A stretch of 64,000 nt of DNA from an uncultured Alphaproteobacteria bacterium (lineage in GTDB: Bacteria; Pseudomonadota; Alphaproteobacteria; RF32; CAG-239), in NCBI GenBank assembly GCA_944392295.1, contig CALXWE010000001.1, forward strand, positions 67,239 to 131,238, in the 5' to 3' direction. Position numbers and translations under genes: made by a program. The notes beneath the pieces were generated by a model, which saw only the letters and a list, made by a program, of their open reading frames with translations, had not been told where the DNA came from and searched no databases. Shown piece by piece: positions 38,050 through 49,048 of this stretch; position 1 is the first letter of the stretch; the number at the start of each line of letters is the position of its first letter.

Positions 38050-39599
38050 ATTTCAGAAATCTGTTTTCCGTTCTTTTTAACAACAGCCTTAAGCTCAGAA
38101 GTTTGTCCATTAGGTTCAAAATCGATATAAGCGGTAAGCCCTTTTGTAACCGGATTGTAGGTTAAATACTGGCCGACTATTTTACCCTGAGAAGCCGAAA
38201 CTTCAAGTGTGGCAATACCTTTTTTAACTTCCGACTGCATATTAAGGATATCAAAATCAATTACAAACTTGCGTTGTTGAGTTTGCAGCATACCGGATAC
38301 TCCGCCGATTCCCGTATAGGTTGCAGTAATATCACCCGGAATTTTATTGACGGGCAGAGTGTTAAACCAGTACAAACGATATTTAAAATTCATCGGCTCC
38401 AGAGGTTTAACGGGAGTTTCGGGTACCCAGTAAGCAACAACGTTATCATGTATTTCTTGTATTGACGGAATTTCAACCAATTCTACCCAGCCTTTGCCCC
38501 AATTTTCCAACGGTTCGACCCATACGCTGGGGCGTTGTTCATAAAAGGCTTCAAAATCCAGATAATGAGCCGGATTGCGATCGCGCTGCAGCAAGCCAAA
38601 CCCTTTGGGATTATTATCTACAAACGCGCTTATACGTAGGGTTTTGGCATTGTCAAGCGGACGCCAAATCCATTCATTATTGCCGTTTAAAACCAGAAGT
38701 CCGTCGCTGTCATGCACTTCGGGGCGATGATCATCAAAACGATTTTTGGTATTTTCACCAAACAGGTACATTGAGGTAAGGGGAGCAATTCCCAGTTTGG
38801 TAATTTTTTCTCTGGCAAACAAGGTAGCGTTTGTATCAATTATGGTGTTTTTTCCCGGAGTAACCACAAAGGTAAAAGCACCGGTTATTCTGGGGCTGTC
38901 AAGTAACGCATATATGGTAATAGATTTATCTTTACGGTTCGGTTTTTTGAGCCAAAATTCTCTAAAAATAGGAAATTCTTCCCCGATGGGAAGCGCCGTA
39001 TCCACAGCCAACCCTCGTGCAGAAATACCATATTTTTGATTTTGTGCCAAAGCTCTGAAATAGCTGGCGCCCAAAAAGGATATTAATTCATCATAATATT
39101 TTTTAGAGTTGAGCGGATAATGAATGCGAAATCCGGCATAACCGAGAGCATTAAATCCGGATGTATCAATAGTATTTTTGCCAAAGTCAAAATACGCGGC
39201 ATCATATTTAATTTCGTGGCTTTTTTGGTGGATTATTTCGTTTACGGTAACCGAATTTTGAAATAATGAACCGGGGTGAAAAAACTGAATTTCAAACGGA
39301 AGTTTTTTGCCGAACCAAGGTCCGTTTTCGCGAATAAAACGTATATCCCGGTACTGGTCGTAATTTAGATTTTTTAATGATGTTGGAAGATTGTTTTGTG
39401 GCGCGACATAAGGATGTTGAGCTAAATTTTGAGCCATAGCAATTAGCTTTTGTTCATCAAAAATTTCATTTTGAGCACTAATAGCTTCAAATAATTGCTG
39501 TTGTTTATAATTATTATAAAAATCTATAGCAAAAGCTACTCCCAATCCAAATGCAACAAGTAGTAGGAAAAACAATAAATTATAATAAATTTTTTTCAC
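38025..39599 (-). CDS. opgG: periplasmic glucan biosynthesis protein G
   Basis: Signal/TM N-terminus, ~520 aa MdoG-like. Confidence 0.75.
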   Translation of the reverse strand: MKKIYYNLLFFLLLVAFGLGVAFAIDFYNNYKQQQLFEAISAQNEIFDEQKLIAMAQNLAQHPYVAPQNNLPTSLKNLNYDQYRDIRFIRENGPWFGKKLPFEIQFFHPGSLFQNSVTVNEIIHQKSHEIKYDAAYFDFGKNTIDTSGFNALGYAGFRIHYPLNSKKYYDELISFLGASYFRALAQNQKYGISARGLAVDTALPIGEEFPIFREFWLKKPNRKDKSITIYALLDSPRITGAFTFVVTPGKNTIIDTNATLFAREKITKLGIAPLTSMYLFGENTKNRFDDHRPEVHDSDGLLVLNGNNEWIWRPLDNAKTLRISAFVDNNPKGFGLLQRDRNPAHYLDFEAFYEQRPSVWVEPLENWGKGWVELVEIPSIQEIHDNVVAYWVPETPVKPLEPMNFKYRLYWFNTLPVNKIPGDITATYTGIGGVSGMLQTQQRKFVIDFDILNMQSEVKKGIATLEVSASQGKIVGQYLTYNPVTKGLTAYIDFEPNGQTSELKAVVKKNGKQISEIWSYQWLP

Positions 39600-39775
39600 A
39601 AAAACCTCCTTATTATATTTTCCGACACCAACGACAATAGAAACTAAAATTTTTCTAAAGTCAAGAGTATGTATTACAGATATGATAATAATAGATGTTT
39701 ATTTATACCAAGGGGGTGTTATTTTTAGATATACAATTATATATAAGGGCGACACATTAAAATCGGAGAATTTAC

Positions 39776-42700
39776 ATGCAAAATCGACGTCCTGTTTTTT
39801 ATATATTTTTAATTTTTTACTTTATTGGTTTTCCATATTCATCATATGCAATTACAACAATAATTGAAGCAGGAGAGACCGTAAACGGCGGAGATGTTAA
39901 TTCCGTTGTTACGCAAAAGGTATACGGAGAAGCCGATAATTTTACGGTATTGGGAACACAGCAGGTTATGAGCGGAGGCATCACAAAGAACAGTAATTTA
40001 TATCCTTACGGTACGCAGGAAGTTATGTCAGGTGGAACATCTTATAATACTAATTTACAGTATTCGTCAGTTCAGAGAATTTACGGCACATCTTACGATA
40101 CCACCATTGCCTCCCGAGCATCGGCTAACGTTTACGGCGGCGGTTTGGCGGAAAGTACGGTTTTAAACGGAGGTTCTTTTTATGTTTTGAGCGGAGGTAC
40201 GGCAGAAAGCAGTACCATTAACTTCGGTCACGGATATGTGTCGGGAACGGATAGTAATACTACGGTTAAGGGCGGAATTTGGGAAATAAGGAGCGGCGGT
40301 AAATCTGATGGGGCTGTTATAAGCGGAGGAGAACAACAGGTAGATTCCGGGGGAAGTGCCACAAATTCCACAATTAACAGCGGAGGATTACAAGAGGTAT
40401 ACGGTACGGCACAGGGGTCCATGGTACAAGGCGGAGTTTTGAAAGTAATAGACAGCGGCAGTATAGAAAACACCACATTAAATAGCGGAAGGATAGATGT
40501 CGGTTCGGGAACATCGGCAACCGGGACCGTGGTAAACGGCGGAACGGAATATGTATACGGAAGCGATACGCAAAGTACCATAAACGGCGGATTACAATAT
40601 GTGGGAAGCAGCGGTACGGTTATGAATGTAATATTGCAGAATCAAGGATCTCAGAGTGTTTACGGTACGGCAAACAATGTAACGGTGCAAAATGGCGGAG
40701 TGCAAAATGTCAGATACGGAGGTGTCAGTAATAATACCACATTGTTAAGCGGTGGGGTACAAAATGTTACGGGCACGGATAACAATGCGGTTATTAACGG
40801 AGGCACGCAGACGGTGGAAAGTGACGGTATAGCCAACGGCACGACATTAAACGGCGGAAACCAAAAGGTATTCGGTACGGTCAATAGTGTTAATATTAAA
40901 GGTGGAATACAGAATATATTAAGCGGCGGTCTGTCAAGCGGAAGTACCGTAAACGGCGGAGAGATGATGGTTGCAAGCGGAGCAACGGCTGAAAATACGG
41001 TCTTAAATACTGGAAGTGAGCTGGTATACGGTACGGATAATAATGCCGTTATTAACGGGGGCACACAGACGATAGAAAACGGCGGTATAGCAAGCGACAC
41101 AACGCTAAACGGCGGCGAGCAGGTAGTATTATCTGGAGCAACGGTAAACAATGCAAGCATCAACGGGGGCACGCAGGAAGTATCGGGCACGGTAAACGGC
41201 ACGAATATCAAAGGCGGAGTGCAGAGTATTTTGAGTGGCGGTGTTGCAAGCGGAAGTACCGTAAACGGCGGAGAGATGATGGTTGCAAGCGGAGCAACGG
41301 CTGAAAATACGGTCTTAAATACTGGAAGTGAGCTGGTATACGGTACGGATAACAATGCGGTTATTAACGGGGGCACGCAGACGATAGAGAGCAGCGGTAT
41401 AGCGAACGGCACAACGCTAAACGGCGGCGAGCAGATAGTATTATCTGGAGCAATAGCTAAAAACAGCAAGTTACAAGGAGGAACTTTAACTTTGTACAGT
41501 GGCGGAAATCTTGAGGGAATAACCAATGTCACCAATGCAGTTATGAATATTTCAGGAAGTAATGATATATCTTCTCTCAATGTTAGCAATTCTCAAATCA
41601 ATTTTTTAAGAGATTCCGGTTTTAGTACTCTTAATATAGAAAACTTAAATGGTAGCGGTACCTTTAATTTAAGTAGTAATTTAGCAGATGATGAGTCGGA
41701 TATTTTAAATATCACCAACGGGAACGGTAATTTTGGTCTGATTATTCACGATTATAGCTATGAAGGAAATTTACCCTCAAGCTTTAAGGTTATTAACGAA
41801 GCTTCAGCCACTGATGATTTTTACTTAATCGGCGGGGCTGTAGACGTAGGAGCATATGAGTATGAATTACAATATGACGGTAATGATTGGGTATTGGTAA
41901 GAACTCCAAATCTTACAGAAAGCGCGATCATTGCCAAAAACACATATACTTCACTTTCATCGGTTTTTTACAGTATGCTGACACCTGTATATAATCGTAT
42001 AAAAAGTAACAGAAGAAATGGCAGCCCTGAACACAATTTATGGTTCAAAGGCATTGGTCATGAAGTTAAGCTCAATTACAAAGATGATACAAAGAGCCGT
42101 TTACAGATTTATGGCGGAGCTTTAGGGTATGATAAGAATATTTGGCAAAGTGGCGGCAATAGCTTAAAATTAGGATTTTTTGGCAGTTATGCTTATTCCC
42201 ATCAAGATTACGATCGTCAAGGTCGAGGTCATGCCGATACGCAAAACTTTGGCTTATATGCCGGAATATTGACTAATAATAATTGGTTTTTAGATATCGC
42301 GGGCACCTATTTTATGCATGATCAAAGAGTACAAAGTTATACTCCGGCCATGTATGAAGTTATCGGAAAGTATAACACCAACGGCTGGCACGGAGCTGTA
42401 TTTATAGGTCGCAGAGTTGACCTTGCCAAAGATTGGTATATTGAGCCTAATTTAGGTTTTAACTACATTCATGTTGAGGGTATTGATTACCGAACCAATT
42501 TCAACACCTTAGTAACGGCCGATGATATGGATTACATGAATGCTCAAATAGGTAGTAATATTGGCAAGGGAGTAGAATTGGCGGAAGATACTAAGCTTAA
42601 TATTTTCGGAAGCTTTAATCTGATACATGATTGGGACGGAAAAAGTACGGTTCAAGTAGCAAACTACACATTTAATGAGGACATATCTTCGGTGCGCTAT

Positions 42701-42829
42701 GAACTGGGAATTGGTCTGGAAGCAATAAAAACAGATAAGGGCAATGCATACATAGAAGCAACCACCCAACTAGGCAATCGTGTCAAGATGCCCTGGGAGA
42801 TAAATTTAGGTGTAAGTTTTGCTTTTTAA
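39776..42829 (+). CDS. autotransporter with repetitive passenger domain and C-terminal beta-barrel
   Basis: Signal peptide; ~19-aa GG..V.G repeats; C-terminal ...GVSFAF terminal aromatic. Confidence 0.8.
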   Translation: MQNRRPVFYIFLIFYFIGFPYSSYAITTIIEAGETVNGGDVNSVVTQKVYGEADNFTVLGTQQVMSGGITKNSNLYPYGTQEVMSGGTSYNTNLQYSSVQRIYGTSYDTTIASRASANVYGGGLAESTVLNGGSFYVLSGGTAESSTINFGHGYVSGTDSNTTVKGGIWEIRSGGKSDGAVISGGEQQVDSGGSATNSTINSGGLQEVYGTAQGSMVQGGVLKVIDSGSIENTTLNSGRIDVGSGTSATGTVVNGGTEYVYGSDTQSTINGGLQYVGSSGTVMNVILQNQGSQSVYGTANNVTVQNGGVQNVRYGGVSNNTTLLSGGVQNVTGTDNNAVINGGTQTVESDGIANGTTLNGGNQKVFGTVNSVNIKGGIQNILSGGLSSGSTVNGGEMMVASGATAENTVLNTGSELVYGTDNNAVINGGTQTIENGGIASDTTLNGGEQVVLSGATVNNASINGGTQEVSGTVNGTNIKGGVQSILSGGVASGSTVNGGEMMVASGATAENTVLNTGSELVYGTDNNAVINGGTQTIESSGIANGTTLNGGEQIVLSGAIAKNSKLQGGTLTLYSGGNLEGITNVTNAVMNISGSNDISSLNVSNSQINFLRDSGFSTLNIENLNGSGTFNLSSNLADDESDILNITNGNGNFGLIIHDYSYEGNLPSSFKVINEASATDDFYLIGGAVDVGAYEYELQYDGNDWVLVRTPNLTESAIIAKNTYTSLSSVFYSMLTPVYNRIKSNRRNGSPEHNLWFKGIGHEVKLNYKDDTKSRLQIYGGALGYDKNIWQSGGNSLKLGFFGSYAYSHQDYDRQGRGHADTQNFGLYAGILTNNNWFLDIAGTYFMHDQRVQSYTPAMYEVIGKYNTNGWHGAVFIGRRVDLAKDWYIEPNLGFNYIHVEGIDYRTNFNTLVTADDMDYMNAQIGSNIGKGVELAEDTKLNIFGSFNLIHDWDGKSTVQVANYTFNEDISSVRYELGIGLEAIKTDKGNAYIEATTQLGNRVKMPWEINLGVSFAF

Positions 42830-42830
42830 T

Positions 42831-44246
42831 CTATTCGCCTGATGTTTGATTAACGTTGTTTATACAAGCGGCCAGTTTAATTTTATGGTAATTGTTTTTG
42901 AAATAGGTTACGGATTTTTTACCTTTGAAATGGCGAATAACAAATACATAACCTATCATTACCACCAAAGAGGCTCCTAACCAAGCAATCGGGCTGGCAT
43001 AAAATACACCTTTATAACCCATAGCGTGAGCCAAAACTATGGCAGCAAAAGAACGCATAACCAGTTCGGCAATACCGGCAATAAGAGGTATAATAGATTG
43101 TCCCATACCTTGTAAGGTATTGCGGAAAATAAATATCATACCCAAGAAAAAGTAAAATAAGGTGCTTATGCTGAGGTAAGCTTTACCTGTATTGATAATA
43201 AACTGGCTTTCATCTTTTAAGAAGACAGAAATCATATCACTTCCGACATAGCGTACCAGAAGGGACATAAAAATACTAATGATTAAAGAGACCAGTCCTG
43301 CAAATCTAACGCCTTTACGAATACGGGCAATTTTACCTGCGCCCCAGTTTTGAGCCGCATATGTAGCCATGGCAATACCCAAGGCGACCAAAGGTTGGGT
43401 AGCTAATTGTTCAATTCTTAAAGCGGCGGTAAAAGCAGCGATAACATCTGGACCGAATGAGTTGCAAACGCTTTGAATAACCATCATGCTCAAGGACAGA
43501 ATGGAAAATTGGATAGCCATAGGTATAGCAATATTCAAGTGCATTTTCATAAAATCTGGATCATAAGCCCAGTCTTTTTTAGTAATGCGCATTAACGGAA
43601 ATTTTTTATAAATATAGATAACACATAAAACCACAGCAACACTAATGGCCGAAACCGTACCGATAGCCGAACCGATAACGCCCAAATGAAAATGATAAAT
43701 TAAGGTAAAGTTAAACAGTATATTTAAAAGAGTTGAGAAGATTAAGAAGTAAAGAGGAGTTTTACTGTCGCCCAAAGCTCTTACAAATCCTGCCAAGAGG
43801 TTATAAAAAACAATCATAACCAATCCGCCGGTTAAAACAGCCATAAAATTAAAAGCATCTTCCATAATTTCTTGAGGCACGTTCATGATTTTTAAAAGAG
43901 GGTGCAAAAAGAGAGCCAAAAAAATCATAATTAAAATACTTAAAACAGAACTTGCCATAATAGAATGAGTAACCGATTTTCTAACTCCGTTATAATCTCC
44001 GGCACCGAAGCGTTGAGCGGTAATCACGGTTAAACCTCCGGTAAAGCCGAAAGATATGAGCAAAAATACAAAATAAATAGGAGCAGAAGCGCCCACGGCG
44101 GCCAAAGCCTTAACTCCGATTAAACGTCCAACGATTAAAATATCAGATATGTTATAAAGCTGCTGAAACAAGTTACCGATTAAAAGCGGTAAAGCAAACA
44201 GCAGAATAAGTTTAGCCGGTGAGCCGGATGTCATGTTTTGTACCAT
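42831..44246 (-). CDS. MATE-family efflux transporter
   Basis: 12 TM, N-terminus typical of NorM/MATE. Confidence 0.8.
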   Translation of the reverse strand: MVQNMTSGSPAKLILLFALPLLIGNLFQQLYNISDILIVGRLIGVKALAAVGASAPIYFVFLLISFGFTGGLTVITAQRFGAGDYNGVRKSVTHSIMASSVLSILIMIFLALFLHPLLKIMNVPQEIMEDAFNFMAVLTGGLVMIVFYNLLAGFVRALGDSKTPLYFLIFSTLLNILFNFTLIYHFHLGVIGSAIGTVSAISVAVVLCVIYIYKKFPLMRITKKDWAYDPDFMKMHLNIAIPMAIQFSILSLSMMVIQSVCNSFGPDVIAAFTAALRIEQLATQPLVALGIAMATYAAQNWGAGKIARIRKGVRFAGLVSLIISIFMSLLVRYVGSDMISVFLKDESQFIINTGKAYLSISTLFYFFLGMIFIFRNTLQGMGQSIIPLIAGIAELVMRSFAAIVLAHAMGYKGVFYASPIAWLGASLVVMIGYVFVIRHFKGKKSVTYFKNNYHKIKLAACINNVNQTSGE

Positions 44247-44413
44247 AAAAAATCTCCCTTTATTTTCGGCGGCAAGTTAAACCTACTTTTAAAAAATGTA
44301 AACAAAAATTTACAAAAAAATGTATGTAAATTTAAAAAGCTACTTGACAAGCGAATATATAGTATATACCATACATATATATTTTGTAATATTTCATCAA
44401 GAAAGGTAAAACT

Positions 44414-45028
44414 ATGGAAAAAGCTAAAAGTGTTAAAGAGTTTGTTGAACGTATGGATAATAGTAAAAAGGTTAATCCTAAAGATTTATCTTCTGATCAA
44501 GATTTAACAATTGCGATAATGAATTTAATTTCCATTGAAGAGCACTTGGTCTTTTCTGGAGCAAAAACGGGAAAGACAAGTTTCTATGATTTAATTGAAG
44601 AAGTAAGAGAGAGCCGTAAGCAATTAATGCAAAAAATCATTCCTGCGTATGAGGGTGAAGTTTGGTGTATATCCAAACACCTTTTAGCCACTTGTATGCG
44701 TTTAATGGAAGTTGGAACCAAGCAACAAAGTTTAGGTAACAAAGAGCAGGCATATGACTTGTTTAACAAAGCCTATGACATGTACTGCCTGTTTTGGGGT
44801 TTAAATATGAATATGTTAAATGTTGAAAACGTAAAATGGGTAGAAGATAGTCTGTCAGATGTTAAGAAATTAAGTAAAAAAGTAGATGAAGCAATGTCTA
44901 AAATGCCAGAAGCAAAAGTAAAAGAAACAGCATTGCAGACGGTAGCTAAGGATGAAAATGAACCCAAAGGGACCTTAGCCAAGATGAAAGCCTTTGTAAG
45001 AAAAGCCGTTGATTGCTGTATAGAGTAG
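44414..45028 (+). CDS. hypothetical protein
   Basis: TTGACA promoter-like upstream; no motif recognised. Confidence 0.4.
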   Translation: MEKAKSVKEFVERMDNSKKVNPKDLSSDQDLTIAIMNLISIEEHLVFSGAKTGKTSFYDLIEEVRESRKQLMQKIIPAYEGEVWCISKHLLATCMRLMEVGTKQQSLGNKEQAYDLFNKAYDMYCLFWGLNMNMLNVENVKWVEDSLSDVKKLSKKVDEAMSKMPEAKVKETALQTVAKDENEPKGTLAKMKAFVRKAVDCCIE

Positions 45029-45039
45029 GGATATAGGTA

Positions 45040-45390
45040 ATGAAAAAAGTTTTATTGGCCGTATTTGTTGGTTTGTTTTTGTTGAGCGGCTGTGGCAAAA
45101 AAGAAGCATTAAGCTCAGACAAGATATATTATTTTTACTCTGAAAGTTGCAGTCATTGTAAAGAGGCGAGCGCTTACATTAGTCAACATTATCCCGATTT
45201 AGAGATGATAAAAGTTGATGTAACAACCAAAGCCGGATACGATATGATAATTAAGTGTGCCCAAAAGTTTAAGTTGGGTAATCGTATAGGTACGCCACTG
45301 TTTTGCATGGGCGACAGATATATTATGGGTTGGTCGGATAGAGATGCCGCCAAGTTTAATGCGTATATCAAGCCCTATTTAGATAAGTAG
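45040..45390 (+). CDS. thioredoxin-fold lipoprotein (CxxC)
   Basis: Lipobox LLSGC; CSHC motif. Confidence 0.55.
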   Translation: MKKVLLAVFVGLFLLSGCGKKEALSSDKIYYFYSESCSHCKEASAYISQHYPDLEMIKVDVTTKAGYDMIIKCAQKFKLGNRIGTPLFCMGDRYIMGWSDRDAAKFNAYIKPYLDK

Positions 45391-45440
45391 CAAAGACTTA
45401 AGATTAAAAGACAAGCTGCAGTAATGCGGCTTATCTTTTA

Positions 45441-46055
45441 TTATCTGAAGGTAATGTATAATAAACATTGAGAAGATTCGCAAAAGCTACATCTATCATA
45501 AATATCGCTTATTTGCATATCTTTAAGACATACTACATTTTTTGTGCACCCAACATCTCCATATATGCGTGTAGACCATTCGTTATCTTTATCATCATAG
45601 TCGTTTCTAAAAAAAATAGTGCTAATGGCGCTATGATTTTCTTTGGCGGTAGTTATAATGTTTATACACTGTTCCATAGAAGAGTGAGAAGCATCAATAT
45701 AATATATAATTCCCAAATAGTTTGTCTCGTGGTAGTAGATACTCATTTCCGTTTTAAAAACATCAGATATTCGGCTTAAATTTGAAGTAAGCATGTCCTC
45801 AGGTATTTCGCCCAATTTATTAAGGTAAGGTATCAGGTTATTTTGTCCGCTAGCTGCTCCTGTTTTTATCCGTAAGTCATTTAGGTATCTAATACAAGCA
45901 TTGATAATGGTGTTGGCTTGTTCAGCCTGTTTATTAAGTTTATACTTCATCATAGCTTTAGAGTATCCGGAGATAGCACCGACGGAAAGAACGCCGATAA
46001 TGGCAAGAACGCCGAGCATTTCGACCATAGAGCGCCCAAGTTGATTAAATTTCAT
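45441..46055 (-). CDS. type IV pilin-like protein, paralog 3
   Basis: MKFNQLGRSMVEMLGVLAIIGVLSVGAISGYSKAMMKYKLNKQAE. Confidence 0.75.
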   Translation of the reverse strand: MKFNQLGRSMVEMLGVLAIIGVLSVGAISGYSKAMMKYKLNKQAEQANTIINACIRYLNDLRIKTGAASGQNNLIPYLNKLGEIPEDMLTSNLSRISDVFKTEMSIYYHETNYLGIIYYIDASHSSMEQCINIITTAKENHSAISTIFFRNDYDDKDNEWSTRIYGDVGCTKNVVCLKDMQISDIYDRCSFCESSQCLLYITFR

Positions 46056-46136
46056 TTAAAAACCTCCAAAGTTTGGGTTGTTAAAGGCATTTAAACGAAA
46101 TCATAAACCGTTTTTTTTTTTTGCAACTTTAAAAGG
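46056..46136 (-). promoter_or_regulatory. conserved pilin upstream element
   Basis: T12 tract. Confidence 0.6.
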
Positions 46137-46163
46137 AATTGTATCCAAATATATTCATATTAG

Positions 46164-46811
46164 CTAAAAATCTTCTTTATTGGTCAGATTATCGTAACGT
46201 TTATGGATACATTCGATTGCGGTTTTATGTACGCCTTTGGTAATGCTGTAAAATATAAATCTACCGTCACGGCGGCAAGAAACGAAACCGTCATCGCGTA
46301 ATCGCTTCAAATATTGTGATGTTTTAAGCTGATTGCAATCAATACCTTCCATAATTTGCGAAACGTTGCTTTCTCCGTTAAAATACAAAAATTCTAAAAT
46401 CCGCATTTTATCAAAATTGGCAAATAGCTTTATTTGGTTAGCGACCATATTGGTATAATCCTTGGGCAGCATTGCCTTAAATCCGTCGGCCAAATAGTGA
46501 AAATCATTGGCCATATAACCAAAGAGTTTGCGCAAACAAGTAAATAAACTTGCCGGATATTCTTCATGAATTTTGTAGTAAATAAATATACCGTGCCTTT
46601 CGGTTGTAACTAAACTGGCATCTCTTAGTTTTCGTAAACTTTGGGATACAAACACTTGCTCTGCTCCGATTCCTTTAGTTATAGCTGAAACAGATGAAGC
46701 TCCGTTTACATCTAAAAATTCTAAAATTCTAAGCCGCAAAGGGTGCGAAATGTAAGAAATACCCAAGGCGGCTTTTTTCATAGTTTCTACAGGCAGTTGT
46801 TTTGTATTCAT
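46164..46811 (-). CDS. transcriptional regulator with two tandem ArsR/SmtB-like winged-HTH domains
   Basis: HPLRLRILEFL...LRKLRDASLV and DKMRILEFL...LKRLRDDGFV; RBS-supported ATG at MNTKQ. Confidence 0.6.
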   Translation of the reverse strand: MNTKQLPVETMKKAALGISYISHPLRLRILEFLDVNGASSVSAITKGIGAEQVFVSQSLRKLRDASLVTTERHGIFIYYKIHEEYPASLFTCLRKLFGYMANDFHYLADGFKAMLPKDYTNMVANQIKLFANFDKMRILEFLYFNGESNVSQIMEGIDCNQLKTSQYLKRLRDDGFVSCRRDGRFIFYSITKGVHKTAIECIHKRYDNLTNKEDF

Positions 46812-46959
46812 TTTGTTTTCCTTTATACATTGATAGTACAATATATATCAAAACTGTAATTTATTGCAAATAAAAAATAAACATATTTGCTAATTGAATT
46901 TTAACAAACTTTGCATATTATGAAGTAAAAAATTACGTAATTTATACAAGGTAGATAAT

Positions 46960-48291
46960 ATGAAAATAAAAAATTTACTTATAGGCTTATTGTGCATTAT
47001 CAGCTTTCCTGCGCATGCCGAATTGGAGATAGACATTACTGGAGCTATGCGAGAACCGATGCCGATAGCTTATCCTAAAATGATAAACGATGGCAAAGCC
47101 ATGGGTTTATTCGGAGTAGGAATGTATGCCGATAGGATTCGCGACGTTGTTATGGCCGACTTAGACCGCAGCGGATTATTCAGAGTTATAGATGACGGCA
47201 GTTACATTGAAGATTTAACTTCAATAAATCAGCGACCCAATTTTATAGATTGGCAGGCAATAAAAGCCCATGCTTTAGTACAAAGTGCGGTGCAAGAAAC
47301 AACCGACGGTAAATTAAAAGTAGAACTACGCTTATGGGATGTTATGAGCGGCGAGCAGTTGCAAGGACAATCGTATTCTACAAGTAAAGATAACTGGCGT
47401 CGCATAGCCCATATTATTGCCGATACGATTTATGAGAGATTAACCGGTGAAAAAGGTTATTTTGATACACGCGTTGTTTATGTTTCGGAAAGCGGACCGG
47501 CAACTCGTAGGGTAAAACGCTTGGCAATTATGGATCAAGATGGCGAAAATCACCGTTTTTTAACATCAGGTACCTCAATGGCTTTAACTCCGCGTTTTTC
47601 ACCTAATATGCAAAAAGTAACTTATTTGTCATTTTCAGGTTCTGCACCTAAAGTGTATATTTTAGATATTGAAAGCGGTAAACAAGAGTTGGTAGGTCAT
47701 TTTCCGGGTATGACGTTTGCTCCGGTATTTTCGCCCGACAGTTCTAAATTGTTGCTGTCTTTTGCAGCCAACGGTAATACTGAGATTTATGAGATGGATT
47801 TAAAAAATCGTACCAGCCGTCAGTTAACCAAAAATCCGGCGATTGATACATCACCGAGTTACTCGCCGGACGGCAAACAAATCGTATTTAACTCCGACAG
47901 AGGCGGCAATCAACAACTTTACGTTATGGACGCTGACGGCTCCAATGTAAAGAGAATAAGTTTCGGCAACGGTCGTTATGCAACGCCGGTATGGTCTCCC
48001 CGAGGCGATTACATAGCCTTTACCAAAATGGCGGGAGGACAGTTTTACATCGGAGTTATGCATCCTGACGGCAGCGGCGAAAGATTGCTGGCCAGCGGTT
48101 ATTTGGTAGAAGGTCCGACCTGGTCGCCGAACGGACGTGTGTTAATGTTCTTCCGTCAAGATAGGGGAACGGCACGTAAGAATGCTCCGGTCAGATTGTA
48201 TACAATAGACTTAACCGGCTACAATGAACGTATGGTAGTAACTCCGGCCGAAGGTTCGGATCCGGCATGGTCTCCGTTGTTGCCGCAATAA
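46960..48291 (+). CDS. tolB: Tol-Pal system beta-propeller protein TolB
   Basis: Signal peptide, repeated SPDG/WSP propeller blades. Confidence 0.9.
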   Translation: MKIKNLLIGLLCIISFPAHAELEIDITGAMREPMPIAYPKMINDGKAMGLFGVGMYADRIRDVVMADLDRSGLFRVIDDGSYIEDLTSINQRPNFIDWQAIKAHALVQSAVQETTDGKLKVELRLWDVMSGEQLQGQSYSTSKDNWRRIAHIIADTIYERLTGEKGYFDTRVVYVSESGPATRRVKRLAIMDQDGENHRFLTSGTSMALTPRFSPNMQKVTYLSFSGSAPKVYILDIESGKQELVGHFPGMTFAPVFSPDSSKLLLSFAANGNTEIYEMDLKNRTSRQLTKNPAIDTSPSYSPDGKQIVFNSDRGGNQQLYVMDADGSNVKRISFGNGRYATPVWSPRGDYIAFTKMAGGQFYIGVMHPDGSGERLLASGYLVEGPTWSPNGRVLMFFRQDRGTARKNAPVRLYTIDLTGYNERMVVTPAEGSDPAWSPLLPQ

Positions 48292-48304
48292 TGAGGCCTG
48301 ATTA

Positions 48305-48916
48305 TTATCGCCAAATGATATATAAGCCCCACCATGTGGTATCTTCATTAAATATGCTGCACAGCTCTTCGGCTTTGGCAAGAGTTAAATTGCGCAAACA
48401 TTTATCTTCGGAACTACAATACTTATCACCCCGCAGGCCTGATGCCAATAATTGAGGGCCGTCAGTTATATAATTTAGGAAAATGGAATTTATATCGGCA
48501 TGAAATTCTTTGGCAATCATATATAGATTGCGGCATTGGGTGGTGTTTCCGGCAGAATCTAAATTGACATTAATACCTACATATCCGGTATTGTGATGAT
48601 ATATCCAGTAGCGATTCTTGAACACATCCTCAATTTGATCTTCCACGTTGGCAATATACATCTCTTTGGGGATCTCATTTAGTTTTTTCAAAATAGGGAT
48701 TAAACTGAAAGCATCGGTGGAACCGTCGTTAATCATTAAATCTTTATAATAACGGGCAACGGTACTGATAATAGTATTTATTTGCTCGGTCTGCTTGTTG
48801 AGTTTGTACTTAAACATCGCCTTCGAGTAACCGGCAATCGCGCCGACGTAAAGTACCCCGATAATCGCCAGCACGCCCAGCATCTCAACCATAGAACGCC
48901 CTCTTTCTTGCATCAA
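48305..48916 (-). CDS. type IV pilin-like protein, paralog 4 (variant N-terminus MMQERG|RSMVEML)
   Basis: Same hydrophobic N-domain. Confidence 0.7.
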   Translation of the reverse strand: MMQERGRSMVEMLGVLAIIGVLYVGAIAGYSKAMFKYKLNKQTEQINTIISTVARYYKDLMINDGSTDAFSLIPILKKLNEIPKEMYIANVEDQIEDVFKNRYWIYHHNTGYVGINVNLDSAGNTTQCRNLYMIAKEFHADINSIFLNYITDGPQLLASGLRGDKYCSSEDKCLRNLTLAKAEELCSIFNEDTTWWGLYIIWR

Positions 48917-48992
48917 AAAACTCCTTAGAATACGTAAAAATCATCACTTTCGCGTCATTCTAAACCGTTTTTTTTTGCAACTTTAAAATGCG
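48917..48992 (-). promoter_or_regulatory. divergent copy of pilin upstream element (T9 tract)
   Basis: Only the aaaccg-T9-gcaactttaaaa core conserved. Confidence 0.5.
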
Positions 48993-49048
48993 GGTGGGGT
49001 ATGGCGTAAGGCTAATGCCGACAAGCATAGCCAAAAGATAAAGCCGGT

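Noticed and set aside
40228-41589. Antisense ORFs inside the autotransporter gene (40228-40581 -, 40660-41589 -)
   Set aside because: Repetitive Pro/Thr/Val-rich translations of the repeat region on the opposite strand. No start context.
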